Assembly: GCF_014280175.1 (NCBI RefSeq)
Contig: NZ_CP047931.1
Location: 90,001-122,000 of the forward strand
DNA length: 32,000 nucleotides
Direction: 5' to 3'
Origin: Synechococcus sp. A15-28
Lineage (GTDB): Bacteria > Cyanobacteriota > Cyanobacteriia > PCC-6307 > Cyanobiaceae
Positions within the stretch are counted from its first letter, which is position 1. Each line of letters begins with the position of its first letter. Of this stretch, positions 22,003-30,752 are shown piece by piece. The notes under the pieces were generated by a model. That model had not been told where the DNA came from and searched no databases. It was given only the letters and a program-made list of their open reading frames with translations. Both the position numbers and the translations under genes were made by a program.

Positions 22003-23463
22003 ATGACTGAGGGAACCGGGCTGACTACAGCGGGCGTCACCGTGGAACATCACCTGCTGGCGGAGGTGGTGACCCGGCAGCTCGAGGCGATGCTCAGCGT
22101 CGGCAATTACGACGCGGTGAAGCTGCTGCTGGAGCCGGTGCAGCCGGTGGACGTGGCCGAAGCGATCGGCAATCTTCCTCAGAACCTCCAGGCCATTGCC
22201 TTTCGTCTGCTCAGCAAGGACGAGGCCATCAGTGTTTACGAGTACCTCGACACCGTCACCCAGCAGAACCTGCTGAGCCTGCTGCGCTCTGGCGAGATGC
22301 AGGAGGTGATGGAAGAGATGTCGCCCGACGACCGGGCGCGGCTGTTCGAGGAGCTGCCGGCGAAGGTGGTGCGTCAGCTGCTGGACCAGCTCAGCCCGGA
22401 GGAGCGCAAGGTCACCGCGGAGCTGCTCGGCTACGAGGCCGAAACCGCCGGTCGTCTGATGACGACTGAGTACATCGCCCTGAAGGAAAACCAGACCGCC
22501 CTTGAGGCCCTCGACATCGTGCGTCGGCGCGCCCGCGACACCGAAACCATCTATTCCCTGTACGTCACCGACACCGAACGGCGGCTCACTGGCATCCTGT
22601 CCCTGCGGGATCTGGTGACCGCTGATCCCCACACCCTGATCCGCGATGTGATGACGGAGGAGGTGCTCAGCGTTCGCACCGACACCGATCAGGAGAAGGT
22701 GGCCCGCACGATCCAGCGTTACGACTTCCTGGCGGTGCCCGTGGTGGACCTGGAGCAACGGCTGGTGGGGATCGTCACCGTCGACGACGTCATCGACGTG
22801 ATCGAGCAGGAGGCCACCCGCGATCTGTACGCCGCCGGCGCTGTACAGGCTGGCGACGAGGACGACTACTTCAGCAGCAATCTGTTCACCGTGGCCCGCC
22901 GCCGGGTGGTGTGGCTCGCGGTGTTGGTGGTGGCCAGCTTCTTCACGTCCGAGGTGATCGCCGCCAATGAGGAGGTGCTCCAGAAGGTGGTGCTGCTGGC
23001 GGCTTTCATTCCCCTGCTGGGCGGAACAGGGGGGAACGTGGGGGCCCAGAGTTCCACCGTGGTGATCCGTGGCCTGAGCACTCAGAGCATCAGCGCCCTT
23101 GGACCGTTGAAGGCGGTGGGTCGTGAGGCGATGGCCGGAGCGTTGCTGGGAATCCTGATGATGATCCTGGTGGTGCCCTTCGCCTGGTGGCGGGGTGAAA
23201 GCCCCCTGGTGGGGTTGTCGGTGGGGATGAGCCTGCTGGCGATCACCACCCTGGCGGCCACCGCTGGCGCGGCCTTTCCGCTGCTGTTCGATCGGATGGG
23301 GTTGGATCCGGCGCTGATGTCTACCCCGTTCATCACCACCTGCACGGACGTGGCCGGCACCCTGATCTATCTCAAGACAGCCGAATGGCTGCTGGTGCAC
23401 CTGCCGCAGCAGCTCACGGCCACAGGTATTTCTACCCAAATCGCCCCAGCCTGGCTTTCCTGA
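22003..23463 (+). CDS. mgtE: Magnesium transporter MgtE
   Basis: 486 aa. N-terminal MgtE domain 'DVAEAIGNLPQNLQAIAFRLLSKDEAISVYEYLD', CBS domains 'MTTEYIALKENQTALEAL...VLSVRTDTDQEKVARTIQRYDFLAVPVVD' and C-terminal membrane domain 'PLLGGTGGNVGAQSSTVVIRGL'. Confidence 0.96.
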   Translation: MTEGTGLTTAGVTVEHHLLAEVVTRQLEAMLSVGNYDAVKLLLEPVQPVDVAEAIGNLPQNLQAIAFRLLSKDEAISVYEYLDTVTQQNLLSLLRSGEMQEVMEEMSPDDRARLFEELPAKVVRQLLDQLSPEERKVTAELLGYEAETAGRLMTTEYIALKENQTALEALDIVRRRARDTETIYSLYVTDTERRLTGILSLRDLVTADPHTLIRDVMTEEVLSVRTDTDQEKVARTIQRYDFLAVPVVDLEQRLVGIVTVDDVIDVIEQEATRDLYAAGAVQAGDEDDYFSSNLFTVARRRVVWLAVLVVASFFTSEVIAANEEVLQKVVLLAAFIPLLGGTGGNVGAQSSTVVIRGLSTQSISALGPLKAVGREAMAGALLGILMMILVVPFAWWRGESPLVGLSVGMSLLAITTLAATAGAAFPLLFDRMGLDPALMSTPFITTCTDVAGTLIYLKTAEWLLVHLPQQLTATGISTQIAPAWLS

Positions 23464-23515
23464 GAGCTCGTTTACGTTTCTTAGGAGTACTCTTTACATA
23501 ACTAAAAGAAGCGTC

Positions 23516-24514
23516 ATGGCTCGTGCTGCCGCAACTGCTTCAAAACCTGCTTCTGCTGCCCGCAGCGTCAGTGTGGACGTTGATCTGGTTCGCTCCTATC
23601 TGCGTGACATTGGCAGGGTTCCCCTGCTCACCCACGAGCAAGAGATCACCCTTGGACGCCAGGTTCAGGATCTGATGGATCTTGAGGCCCTCCAGTCCGA
23701 ACTGGAAAGCCGTGACGGCGATAAGCCCTCTGCCGACATGTTGGCCAAGGCATCCGGTCTCACGTCCCTTCAGCTCAAGCGCAAGCTTCAGCACGGTCGA
23801 CGTGCCAAAGAGCGGATGGTCGCGGCCAACCTCCGTTTGGTGGTGAGCGTCGCCAAGAAGTACACCAAGCGGAACATGGAGCTTCTGGATCTGATCCAGG
23901 AGGGCACCATCGGATTGGTGCGTGGTGTGGAGAAATTTGACCCCACCCGTGGCTACAAATTTTCCACCTACGCCTACTGGTGGATTCGTCAGGGCATCAC
24001 TCGGGCGATTGCTGAGAAGAGCCGCACCATCCGGCTGCCCATTCACATCACCGAGATGTTGAACAAGCTGAAAAAGGGCCAGAGGGAGCTCAGCCAGGAG
24101 CTGGGTCGCACGCCCACGGTTTCGGAACTGGCTGAATTCGTTGAACTGCCTGAGGATGACGTCAAAGATCTGATGTGCCGCGCCCGCCAGCCGGTTAGCC
24201 TTGAAATGAAGGTTGGAGATGGTGACGACACCGAGCTGCTCGAGCTTCTGGCTGGTGATGGAGATCTTCCCAGCGATCAGGTGGAGGAAGACTGCATGAA
24301 GGGAGATCTACGTAGCCTGTTGGGTCAACTCCCCCATCTCCAGGAGCAGGTGCTGCGGATGCGTTACGGCATGGATGGCGAAGACCCGATGAGCCTCACC
24401 GGTATTGGCCGGATTCTGGGCATGAGCCGCGATCGGGTTCGCAACCTGGAGCGCGATGGTCTGGCCGGTCTGCGCCGAGTGAGCGATCAGGTGGAGGCCT
24501 ATGTGGCTTGTTGA
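23516..24514 (+). CDS. RNA polymerase sigma factor, RpoD-like group 2 (type II)
   Basis: 332 aa. 'SVDVDLVRSYLRDIGRVPLLTHEQEITLGRQVQ', region 2 'AKERMVAANLRLVVSVAKKYTKRNMELLDLIQEGTIGLVRGVEKFDPTRGYKFSTYAYWWIRQGITRAI', and region 4 'QVLRMRYGMDGEDPMSLTGIGRILGMSRDRVRNLERDGL'. No group-1 N-terminal region. Confidence 0.95.
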   Translation: MARAAATASKPASAARSVSVDVDLVRSYLRDIGRVPLLTHEQEITLGRQVQDLMDLEALQSELESRDGDKPSADMLAKASGLTSLQLKRKLQHGRRAKERMVAANLRLVVSVAKKYTKRNMELLDLIQEGTIGLVRGVEKFDPTRGYKFSTYAYWWIRQGITRAIAEKSRTIRLPIHITEMLNKLKKGQRELSQELGRTPTVSELAEFVELPEDDVKDLMCRARQPVSLEMKVGDGDDTELLELLAGDGDLPSDQVEEDCMKGDLRSLLGQLPHLQEQVLRMRYGMDGEDPMSLTGIGRILGMSRDRVRNLERDGLAGLRRVSDQVEAYVAC

Positions 24515-24552
24515 GGCCTCTTTAAGCTTGAGCTAGAGCTCTGGCCAATGGT

Positions 24553-25233
24553 TTGAAACGCCAACTGCAGTTCGTTCATGTTGGTAAGTGTGGGGGCTCC
24601 ACTGTCAAAAAGCTCCTTCCAACTTCTCCTGTCGTCAAAAAACAATACTCTTCATTCTTTGAGTCACACATCAACGGCGTAGTTGTTGATTCGAATTGTG
24701 ATTATCTGTTTTGCCTGCGTAACCCGATTAGCAGAGCTTTTTCGGCTTTCGAGTGGCGTAGAAAGCTTGTTCTTGAGGACGAGCTTCCTGATCAAGTTCG
24801 ACGCTTTCCTGGCGAGAGAAAGGTTCTGCGCAAATACTTGAGTTTAGGTGCGATGGCGCGATCTCTCTACCGGCCAGATGGAAGACTTGACCAGGTTGTG
24901 GCTAGAGATTTTCGCAGCGTTCATCATTTGCGTGAGTCAATATCTTTTTACTGTCAACCTCTGTTGGGTGTGCTCACCCCAGGCAATATTTTTGGTGTTG
25001 TTTGTCAGGAGACCTTGGCTTCTGATTGCGAAAGAGTATTGCGTGTTGATGTGTCAGAGGTCCGGGAGCGCAGCAATGTATCAAAGAGGCAGATCGAGCA
25101 AGATCTTGATGCCGCAGCAATAAATAATCTGAGAAGATTCCTCGTTGAGGATTACCAATGTGTTGCAGCGCTTTGGAGCCTTGGGGCGCTGAGCCAAAAG
25201 CAGTTTTGGAGTGTCATGACGAAGGTAGTTTAG
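24553..25233 (+). CDS. Sulfotransferase-family-like protein
   Basis: 226 aa. 'LQFVHVGKCGGSTVKKLLPT' (P-loop like), 'YLFCLRNPISRAFSAFEWRRKL' (3'-phosphate loop-like). Apparent TTG start. Confidence 0.65.
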   Translation: MKRQLQFVHVGKCGGSTVKKLLPTSPVVKKQYSSFFESHINGVVVDSNCDYLFCLRNPISRAFSAFEWRRKLVLEDELPDQVRRFPGERKVLRKYLSLGAMARSLYRPDGRLDQVVARDFRSVHHLRESISFYCQPLLGVLTPGNIFGVVCQETLASDCERVLRVDVSEVRERSNVSKRQIEQDLDAAAINNLRRFLVEDYQCVAALWSLGALSQKQFWSVMTKVV

Positions 25234-26140
25234 GGAGAGGCGATGTCAGTGCTTTGAGCAAAGCCTGATTGGTTGTATTCGGTGCCTCGTCATGGGGACA
25301 GTGTCCGGCACCTTGTATCACTGTGAGCGAGCGCACGCAATCGATGGTTTCTTTCCATCGCTGTGCTTCAGGTAATGGCTCCCAGGGATCCTTGTCCCCC
25401 CAAACCATATCCACCGGAATCGAGAGGTCCTGCATCAATTGTGGGGCGAGATAGTCGTCGAACAAGTTGATGAAGCCACGAAAGGCTTCGGCCGCCCCAT
25501 CGCGTTGGGTGGGTTGGTACAGCAAGTTGATCAGCTCGTCGTCGATGTTGCTGCCACTGGGGTAGGCCTGCTTCAACACTCTGCGGATCACGCCAGGCCG
25601 TGCCGCATTGCGGAATAGGACTGTGCTGAGCCAACGCTGACGCACCATCGTTTTCAGCAGCGGTCGGATCCAGGCCATCCAGGCTGGCTGTGCGGCCAGC
25701 TGTTTGTCATCCATCAAGCGCTGGGCGCAGTCGATCAGTACAACGCCTTGGCAACGGTCTCCAAGTAGTTGTGCCGCTCGTAGAGCCACGACCCCGCCGA
25801 TGGAATTGCCCACCAAGTGCACCGGCCGATCGATCACCTCATGGCAGAAGTCGGCCACCTGCTGGCCCCAGAGGTCAAAGCTGTAATGAACGTAAGCTCC
25901 GCTGTCTTGTTCATCTTTCAATCTGGCTCGGGGTTGATCGCTGCGCCCGAAACCGAGCAGATCAATGGCATAAGTGGGCGCCTGTTTAGCCAGCACCGGT
26001 TGGTTGAAGCGCCAATGATTTGTGTTGGCTCCGAAGCCATGAATTAATAATGTTGCGGAGGCATTGTTACTGTTATTAATTACGTTCCAGTTTATTGAGT
26101 AACCTCTCCAGGTCCAGCATTCAAAATTACGATTTTGCAT
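25214..26140 (-). CDS. Alpha/beta-hydrolase fold protein
   Basis: 308 aa. 'TLLIHGFGANTNHWRFNQPVLAKQAPTYAIDLLGFGRSDQP', 'HLVGNSIGGVVALRAAQ' nucleophile elbow, 'IPVDMVWGDKDPWEP' and 'IQGAGHCPHDEAP'. Confidence 0.92.
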   Translation of the reverse strand: MQNRNFECWTWRGYSINWNVINNSNNASATLLIHGFGANTNHWRFNQPVLAKQAPTYAIDLLGFGRSDQPRARLKDEQDSGAYVHYSFDLWGQQVADFCHEVIDRPVHLVGNSIGGVVALRAAQLLGDRCQGVVLIDCAQRLMDDKQLAAQPAWMAWIRPLLKTMVRQRWLSTVLFRNAARPGVIRRVLKQAYPSGSNIDDELINLLYQPTQRDGAAEAFRGFINLFDDYLAPQLMQDLSIPVDMVWGDKDPWEPLPEAQRWKETIDCVRSLTVIQGAGHCPHDEAPNTTNQALLKALTSPLPKLPSS

Positions 26141-26960
26141 TCCAGTTGATCCTTTTTTGGAGTCCGATATTAGCTAAAAGTGGGCTGTCCCTAAGGCTGC
26201 TGTTAGTGTTTTCGTAATCCAGAATTTTATATCCATAAAACTTTAGCAATTTTTTGCTATGCTTGAGATGGTGATTTGCTTCTTCTAGGCCGTCCAATCC
26301 TAAAAAACTCAAATGTCTAGGGGTCATGTCTATAATACATTGAATTGGAAAATTTTTTTTACCCCTTAATTTGTTATTCCGATTTAGCTTCAAATGTTTT
26401 TTTTCGAGCCTCAGCATGGAAATCAGATTTTCTGGATTTTTGCAGAAATGTTCATAAGAAATGAATGGTATATTAGGAAAATTTTCTATATTTTGTTTTT
26501 GAATGAGAGCTCTCTTGATCCATCTCATTGTTGCGCAATTTATTGCATTTTTTATATCCATCCCTTCCATATAGTTTTCGACATTTGAACTTATGTACGA
26601 GTATGGTGAGCTTATGGAAAGAATAGATCTGTGATGCGGGAAAGTGTCTGTAATTGGCTTTATTCTCAATAAGTTCGGTGGGCTACATTCTATGAATATT
26701 TTCTTGTGATGTTTTTTCGCATAGCTGCTCCATATGGTTTTGATTTTTGACCAGTCAAATTTTTGGTTTTGATCCCATTTTTTTATGCTCATGATTCTCT
26801 TTGCTTCTGGTATTGCCTGGCCTTCATTGTTGCCATATTCTGGCAAGTAGCTGTTTGATATGCAGTTATTAATGTACTGACTCATTATAGTTGTGCCTGA
26901 ATTATTGAGGGAAAATATGAATATGAAAAAGGTGTCGTCTGAGTATTGATGGCTGTCCAT
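26127..26960 (-). CDS. Divergent sulfotransferase-like protein
   Basis: 277 aa, AT-rich. 'FFIFIFSLNNSGTTIMSQYINNCI' (GxxxSGTT-like P-loop) and 'FPNIPFISYEHFCKNPENLISML' (typical sulfotransferase 'YEdl..nP' region). Overlaps the hydrolase start by 14 bp. Confidence 0.6.
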   Translation of the reverse strand: MDSHQYSDDTFFIFIFSLNNSGTTIMSQYINNCISNSYLPEYGNNEGQAIPEAKRIMSIKKWDQNQKFDWSKIKTIWSSYAKKHHKKIFIECSPPNLLRIKPITDTFPHHRSILSISSPYSYISSNVENYMEGMDIKNAINCATMRWIKRALIQKQNIENFPNIPFISYEHFCKNPENLISMLRLEKKHLKLNRNNKLRGKKNFPIQCIIDMTPRHLSFLGLDGLEEANHHLKHSKKLLKFYGYKILDYENTNSSLRDSPLLANIGLQKRINWNAKS

Positions 26961-27025
26961 TTTTATCGAATCCTAAGTTGCATAGGAGTCATTGGTTTTG
27001 ATAATAATTTCTCGTTGCTGCGTTT

Positions 27026-27139
27026 TCACCGGCATTTATGCCGGTTATGCGCCACCCCAAGCACCAATGTTATGGCCAACACCACTCCTCCAAAGATGAC
27101 CGTGCCCGGGTTGTTGGTCGTGGGCTTTATCTCTGTTAA
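27026..27139 (-). other. Possible small membrane ORF or gene remnant lacking a conventional start
   Basis: Minus-strand translation between stops: LTEIKPTTNNPGTVIFGGVVLAITLVLGVAHNRHKCR*. It has one hydrophobic stretch and no ATG/GTG/TTG at the 5' end. Confidence 0.25.
27028..27045. repeat. Inverted repeat ACCGGCAT-TT-ATGCCGGT
   Basis: Perfect 8-bp arms with a 2-nt spacer, at the stop of the small ORF above. Possible terminator or operator. Confidence 0.4.
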
Positions 27140-27349
27140 TCAGTACTAGTAGTAGAAAGCCGGTAACGCTGCGGTGGTAGTCATCAGGATCGGCTTCAGC
27201 CGGATTCGACGGATCGCACCGTCGCCTCGGTGATGCGTAATCGCTGCTCGTGCTTATGGTCGACTATCTCCACGATGTGCTGGTCCTTGGCAATTCAGTG
27301 ACGTTTGAACCTGGCGCGGACACAGCACGGTTTGAACTTCCCATCGTTG

Positions 27350-28456
27350 ATGCCTAAGCAGCCTTTCCCTGTGCCGGTGCTCGCTGAAGCGTTGCTCACC
27401 TGGTGGGGCGAACAGGGTCGGCGTGGGATTCCCTGGAAGCTCTTGACCGATGGCGCGCCCCCGGTTCTCGAACAAGATCTCGACCCTTACGGCATCTGGA
27501 TCGCGGAGGTGATGCTGCAGCAGACCCAGTTGGCGGTGGTACTTCCCTACTGGGAGCGTTGGATGACAGCGTTCCCCACAGTTGAGGCTCTGGCTGCTGC
27601 ATCTCTTGAGGAGGTGCGGTTGCAGTGGCAGGGGCTCGGTTACTACTCGCGGGCTCGCCGGTTGCATGAGGCGGCGCAGCGGTTGGTGGGCGGGCCTTGG
27701 CCCCGCAGCTTGGAGGGCTGGATGGCCTTGCCGGGCATCGGTCGCACCACCGCCGGCAGCATTCTGTCCAGTGCCTTCAATGCTTCACTGCCGATTCTGG
27801 ATGGCAATGTCAAACGGGTGCTGGCGCGATTGACGGTATATCCGCGCCCGCCGGCTCGCGATGACGCTTTGTTTTGGAGCTGGAGTGAGGCTTTGCTCGA
27901 TCCGTTGCGGCCGCGGGACACCAACCAGGCCTTGATGGATCTGGGGGCCACGGTTTGCACCCCTCGCCAGCCGGACTGCCACCGCTGCCCCTGGCAATCC
28001 CACTGCGCTGCCTACGCTTCCGGCGATCCTTGCCGCTGGCCCATGACCGACGCCCCGAAGCCCCTGCCCTTTCAAGTGATCGGTGTGGGCGTTGTGCTCA
28101 ACGTGGCGGGGGAAGTGTTGATCGACCAGCGTCTGGAGGAAGGTTTGCTGGGGGGGATGTGGGAGTTCCCCGGCGGCAAACAGGAGAAAGACGAAACGAT
28201 CGAAACCTGTATCGCTCGCGAACTTAAGGAGGAACTCAGCATTGCGGTGACGGTCGGCGATGAACTGATCACTGTTGATCACGCCTTTAGCCACAAGAAG
28301 CTGCGCTTTGTGGTCCATCTCTGCAATTGGGAGTCGGGGGAGCCGCAGCCTCTTGCCAGTCAACAGGTGCGTTGGGTGCGTCCGGATGACCTGAAGAACT
28401 TCGCCTTCCCAGCGGCCAACGCAAAGATCATTGCGGCGTTGCTGGCTCGCCGATGA
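27350..28456 (+). CDS. mutY: A/G-specific adenine glycosylase with MutT/NUDIX-like C-terminus
   Basis: ORF 27305..28456; ATG at 27350. 'PYGIWIAEVMLQQTQLAVVLPYWERW', 'LPGIGRTTAGSILSSAF', 'ILDGNVKRVLARL', Fe-S motif C-x6-C-x2-C-x5-C (CTPRQPDCHRCPWQSHC) and NUDIX box 'GGKQEKDETIETCIARELKEEL'. Confidence 0.97.
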   Translation: MPKQPFPVPVLAEALLTWWGEQGRRGIPWKLLTDGAPPVLEQDLDPYGIWIAEVMLQQTQLAVVLPYWERWMTAFPTVEALAAASLEEVRLQWQGLGYYSRARRLHEAAQRLVGGPWPRSLEGWMALPGIGRTTAGSILSSAFNASLPILDGNVKRVLARLTVYPRPPARDDALFWSWSEALLDPLRPRDTNQALMDLGATVCTPRQPDCHRCPWQSHCAAYASGDPCRWPMTDAPKPLPFQVIGVGVVLNVAGEVLIDQRLEEGLLGGMWEFPGGKQEKDETIETCIARELKEELSIAVTVGDELITVDHAFSHKKLRFVVHLCNWESGEPQPLASQQVRWVRPDDLKNFAFPAANAKIIAALLARR

Positions 28457-29313
28457 AGTTGCTGCTCCATGCCGGCCCGATGAAAACGGGCTCAACGGCG
28501 TTTCAGGAATTGCTTGTGCTCAATAGCTCCCAGTTGGAGCAGTGCGGAATTCGCTTCCGCCATCTGCGCCGCCAGGAGCTGGACGACCTCGAGGCGGTGG
28601 TGGAGGCCGAGCAAAGACGGGGTTGGCCGCGGGTGTTGTTGCTGTCCCATGAATGTCTTTGTCGGGTGGATCCGCAGCGCTTGAAAGCGGCGCTGCATTT
28701 GGTGCCAGTACCTGCAGAAGCCGTTTTGGTGGCGCGACCGCTGCGGGAGGTGTATCCGAGCCTGTATCTCCAAAACCTCAAAGGGCACGTGATGCGCACC
28801 TCCTCCTACGAGGAGTTTCTGCAGGAACAGATCGACCGGGATCGGCGGCCGGAGTTGGCGACGCGGGGGCAGGTGTTTCGCTACGCCTTTCTGGAGGAGC
28901 AGATGCAGGCCGCGGGTTGTGCGGTCCAGTGGGTCTCCTATGCACGTTCATCCCTGCTGGATGATCTGGTGGCCTGGTTGGCGCACAACGCCGATGCAGC
29001 GGAAATGTTGCGCGCACTGAAGCCCCTACCAATGCCAAGTGGTGTGAGTCCACGACGGTCTCTGGATGGAACTGTTGTTGAAATAGCCCGCCTGATGAAT
29101 GAACGTTGTCGTGCGGGAACGCTGTCTCCTGAGGATCGTGACAGATTTTTGGTTGCCTTACTGAACAGCAGCGATCGGATTCGTTCCCAACGCCAGGGCC
29201 TGGATTCTTTCCGTGAAAATCACGCTGATCAGCTGGATGCTTTGGATCATGAGCTCAATGGCGACTTCTGGCGCCAGCGAGCCATGCATCCGACTCCATG
29301 GGATCCGACATAG
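28453..29313 (+). CDS. Sulfotransferase-like P-loop protein
   Basis: 286 aa. 'LLLHAGPMKTGSTAFQELLVLN' is a characteristic 'H.G.hKTGSTslQ..L' motif, with 'AVLVARPLREVYPSLYLQ'. ATGA overlap with mutY. Confidence 0.75.
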   Translation: MKLLLHAGPMKTGSTAFQELLVLNSSQLEQCGIRFRHLRRQELDDLEAVVEAEQRRGWPRVLLLSHECLCRVDPQRLKAALHLVPVPAEAVLVARPLREVYPSLYLQNLKGHVMRTSSYEEFLQEQIDRDRRPELATRGQVFRYAFLEEQMQAAGCAVQWVSYARSSLLDDLVAWLAHNADAAEMLRALKPLPMPSGVSPRRSLDGTVVEIARLMNERCRAGTLSPEDRDRFLVALLNSSDRIRSQRQGLDSFRENHADQLDALDHELNGDFWRQRAMHPTPWDPT

Positions 29314-30266
29314 CAGGCCCTTGTTCTGTTGTCTGTCTTGGTGAAGCTCTGATCGATCGGCTTGGGCCGCCTGGAGGTGATCCTGCGCTGGATCGTCCGG
29401 TGGACGACCGTCTGGGAGGAGCTCCGGCGAATGTGGCCTGTGGTCTGGCTCGCTTGGGGACCCCCGTGGCCTTTGCCGGTCGCTTGGGGCAGGATGCCAT
29501 CGGCGAGGCTTTTTCCACGTTGTTTGCTGAGCGTGGACTGCAGACCGAGCTGCTGCAGCGGGATGCCGAGCGTCCCAGTCGCATCGTTTTGGTGCGCCGT
29601 TCGCCAGACGGTGAACGGCAGTTTCAGGCCTTTTCTGGGGATCAGGGCCTTGGATTTGCTGATCAGGCTTTGGAGCCAGCCTCCTTGCCCCCGGCCCGAT
29701 GGTTGTTGATCGGCACGCTGCCGCTGGCGGCGCCAATGTCAGCCTCGGCCCTGCTCTCGGCTGTGCGTCAGGCCCAGAGCCAGGGCACAGGAATAGCCCT
29801 CGATGTGAACTGGCGCCCCACGTTCTGGGATCCGGTCGCGGATCCGGCCACAGGGCCTGGGCCCAAGGCTTTGGCTGCTACTGAGCCGTTGCTGCAGCAG
29901 GCGGCTCTGATCAAGTTGGCGCGGGAGGAAGCGCTGTGTTTCTTCAAAACCGACGATCCAGGCGCGATCCAGCAGGCCTTGCCCCAGCGGCCGGATGTGG
30001 TGGTGACTGATGGCGCCGCCCCGGTGCGCTGGCAATTGGGAGCCGACTCAGGTGAGCAGACCGCCTTTCAGCCCCCCACCGTCGTCGATACCACCGGCGC
30101 TGGTGATGCCTTCACGGCAGGTCTTTTGCACCGGTGGGCCGCCGCACCCCAGGAGCGCATTCGTTTCGCGGCGGCCTGCGGCGCCCTGGTCTGCGGAGGC
30201 CCCGGCGGCATTGATCCCCAACCAACAGAGGCTCAGGTGGAGGTTTTTCTGGGAGGTGTGAGCTGA
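29298..30266 (+). CDS. PfkB-family carbohydrate kinase (probable fructokinase)
   Basis: 322 aa. 'VVCLGEALIDRLG', 'RLGGAPANVACGLARLG', 'DVNWRPTFW', 'VVVTDGAAPVRW' and 'VVDTTGAGDAFTAGLL'. Confidence 0.93.
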   Translation: MGSDIAGPCSVVCLGEALIDRLGPPGGDPALDRPVDDRLGGAPANVACGLARLGTPVAFAGRLGQDAIGEAFSTLFAERGLQTELLQRDAERPSRIVLVRRSPDGERQFQAFSGDQGLGFADQALEPASLPPARWLLIGTLPLAAPMSASALLSAVRQAQSQGTGIALDVNWRPTFWDPVADPATGPGPKALAATEPLLQQAALIKLAREEALCFFKTDDPGAIQQALPQRPDVVVTDGAAPVRWQLGADSGEQTAFQPPTVVDTTGAGDAFTAGLLHRWAAAPQERIRFAAACGALVCGGPGGIDPQPTEAQVEVFLGGVS

Positions 30267-30730
30267 GCGCGGCGGCCCTCTCCGACATGGCACAGCTCCA
30301 AGCGCCAGGCTTCTGGCAGCGCCAAGCTGAGCCGTTCGGGCCATTCCACCGCCATCAGGGCTCCCATCGCCCGGGCCTCCTCCTCTTCCTGGAGAAACAG
30401 CTCATCAGCTGATCCCGGAGCGTCCAGCCGGTAGAGATCCAGATGGACGAGGGGCGGATTCCCGTCCGGGTAGTGCTGGGCCAGGGCAAAGGTTGGACTG
30501 GTGATCGCTTCAGTGATGCCGCAGGCCAGGGCAAGGCCCTGCACCAGTGAGGTTTTGCCCGCTCCGAGTGGCCCCTGCAACAGCAGGATGCTTCCCGCGG
30601 GGAGATGGCCTGCCACGTGCTGACCAAGGCTCCGGGTTGTGGCCAGCGACTTGAGGGTCCAGACACACTGTGTACAGTCCGAACTGAGCGAGCCCGAAGC
30701 CTCGGCGTCTCTGCAGAGATTCACCTCCAC
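30233..30730 (-). CDS. tsaE: tRNA threonylcarbamoyladenosine biosynthesis protein TsaE (YjeE)
   Basis: 165 aa. '[56 protein letters not shown]' and 'VEWPERL'. Confidence 0.95.
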   Translation of the reverse strand: MEVNLCRDAEASGSLSSDCTQCVWTLKSLATTRSLGQHVAGHLPAGSILLLQGPLGAGKTSLVQGLALACGITEAITSPTFALAQHYPDGNPPLVHLDLYRLDAPGSADELFLQEEEEARAMGALMAVEWPERLSLALPEAWRLELCHVGEGRRAQLTPPRKTST

Positions 30731-30752
30731 GTTTCCCAGGGAGCATCAACTC

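Noticed and set aside
21865-23439. 524-aa minus-strand ORF opposite mgtE
   Set aside because: Fully antisense to an unmistakable MgtE. It is rich in His/Gln/Gly with no domain motif, typical of a GC-rich shadow frame.
27205-27300. Short minus-strand frame IAKDQHIVEIVDHKHEQRLRITEATVRSVESG upstream of mutY
   Set aside because: About 32 codons with no ATG/GTG/TTG start after the preceding stop and no recognisable family; insufficient support for a gene call.
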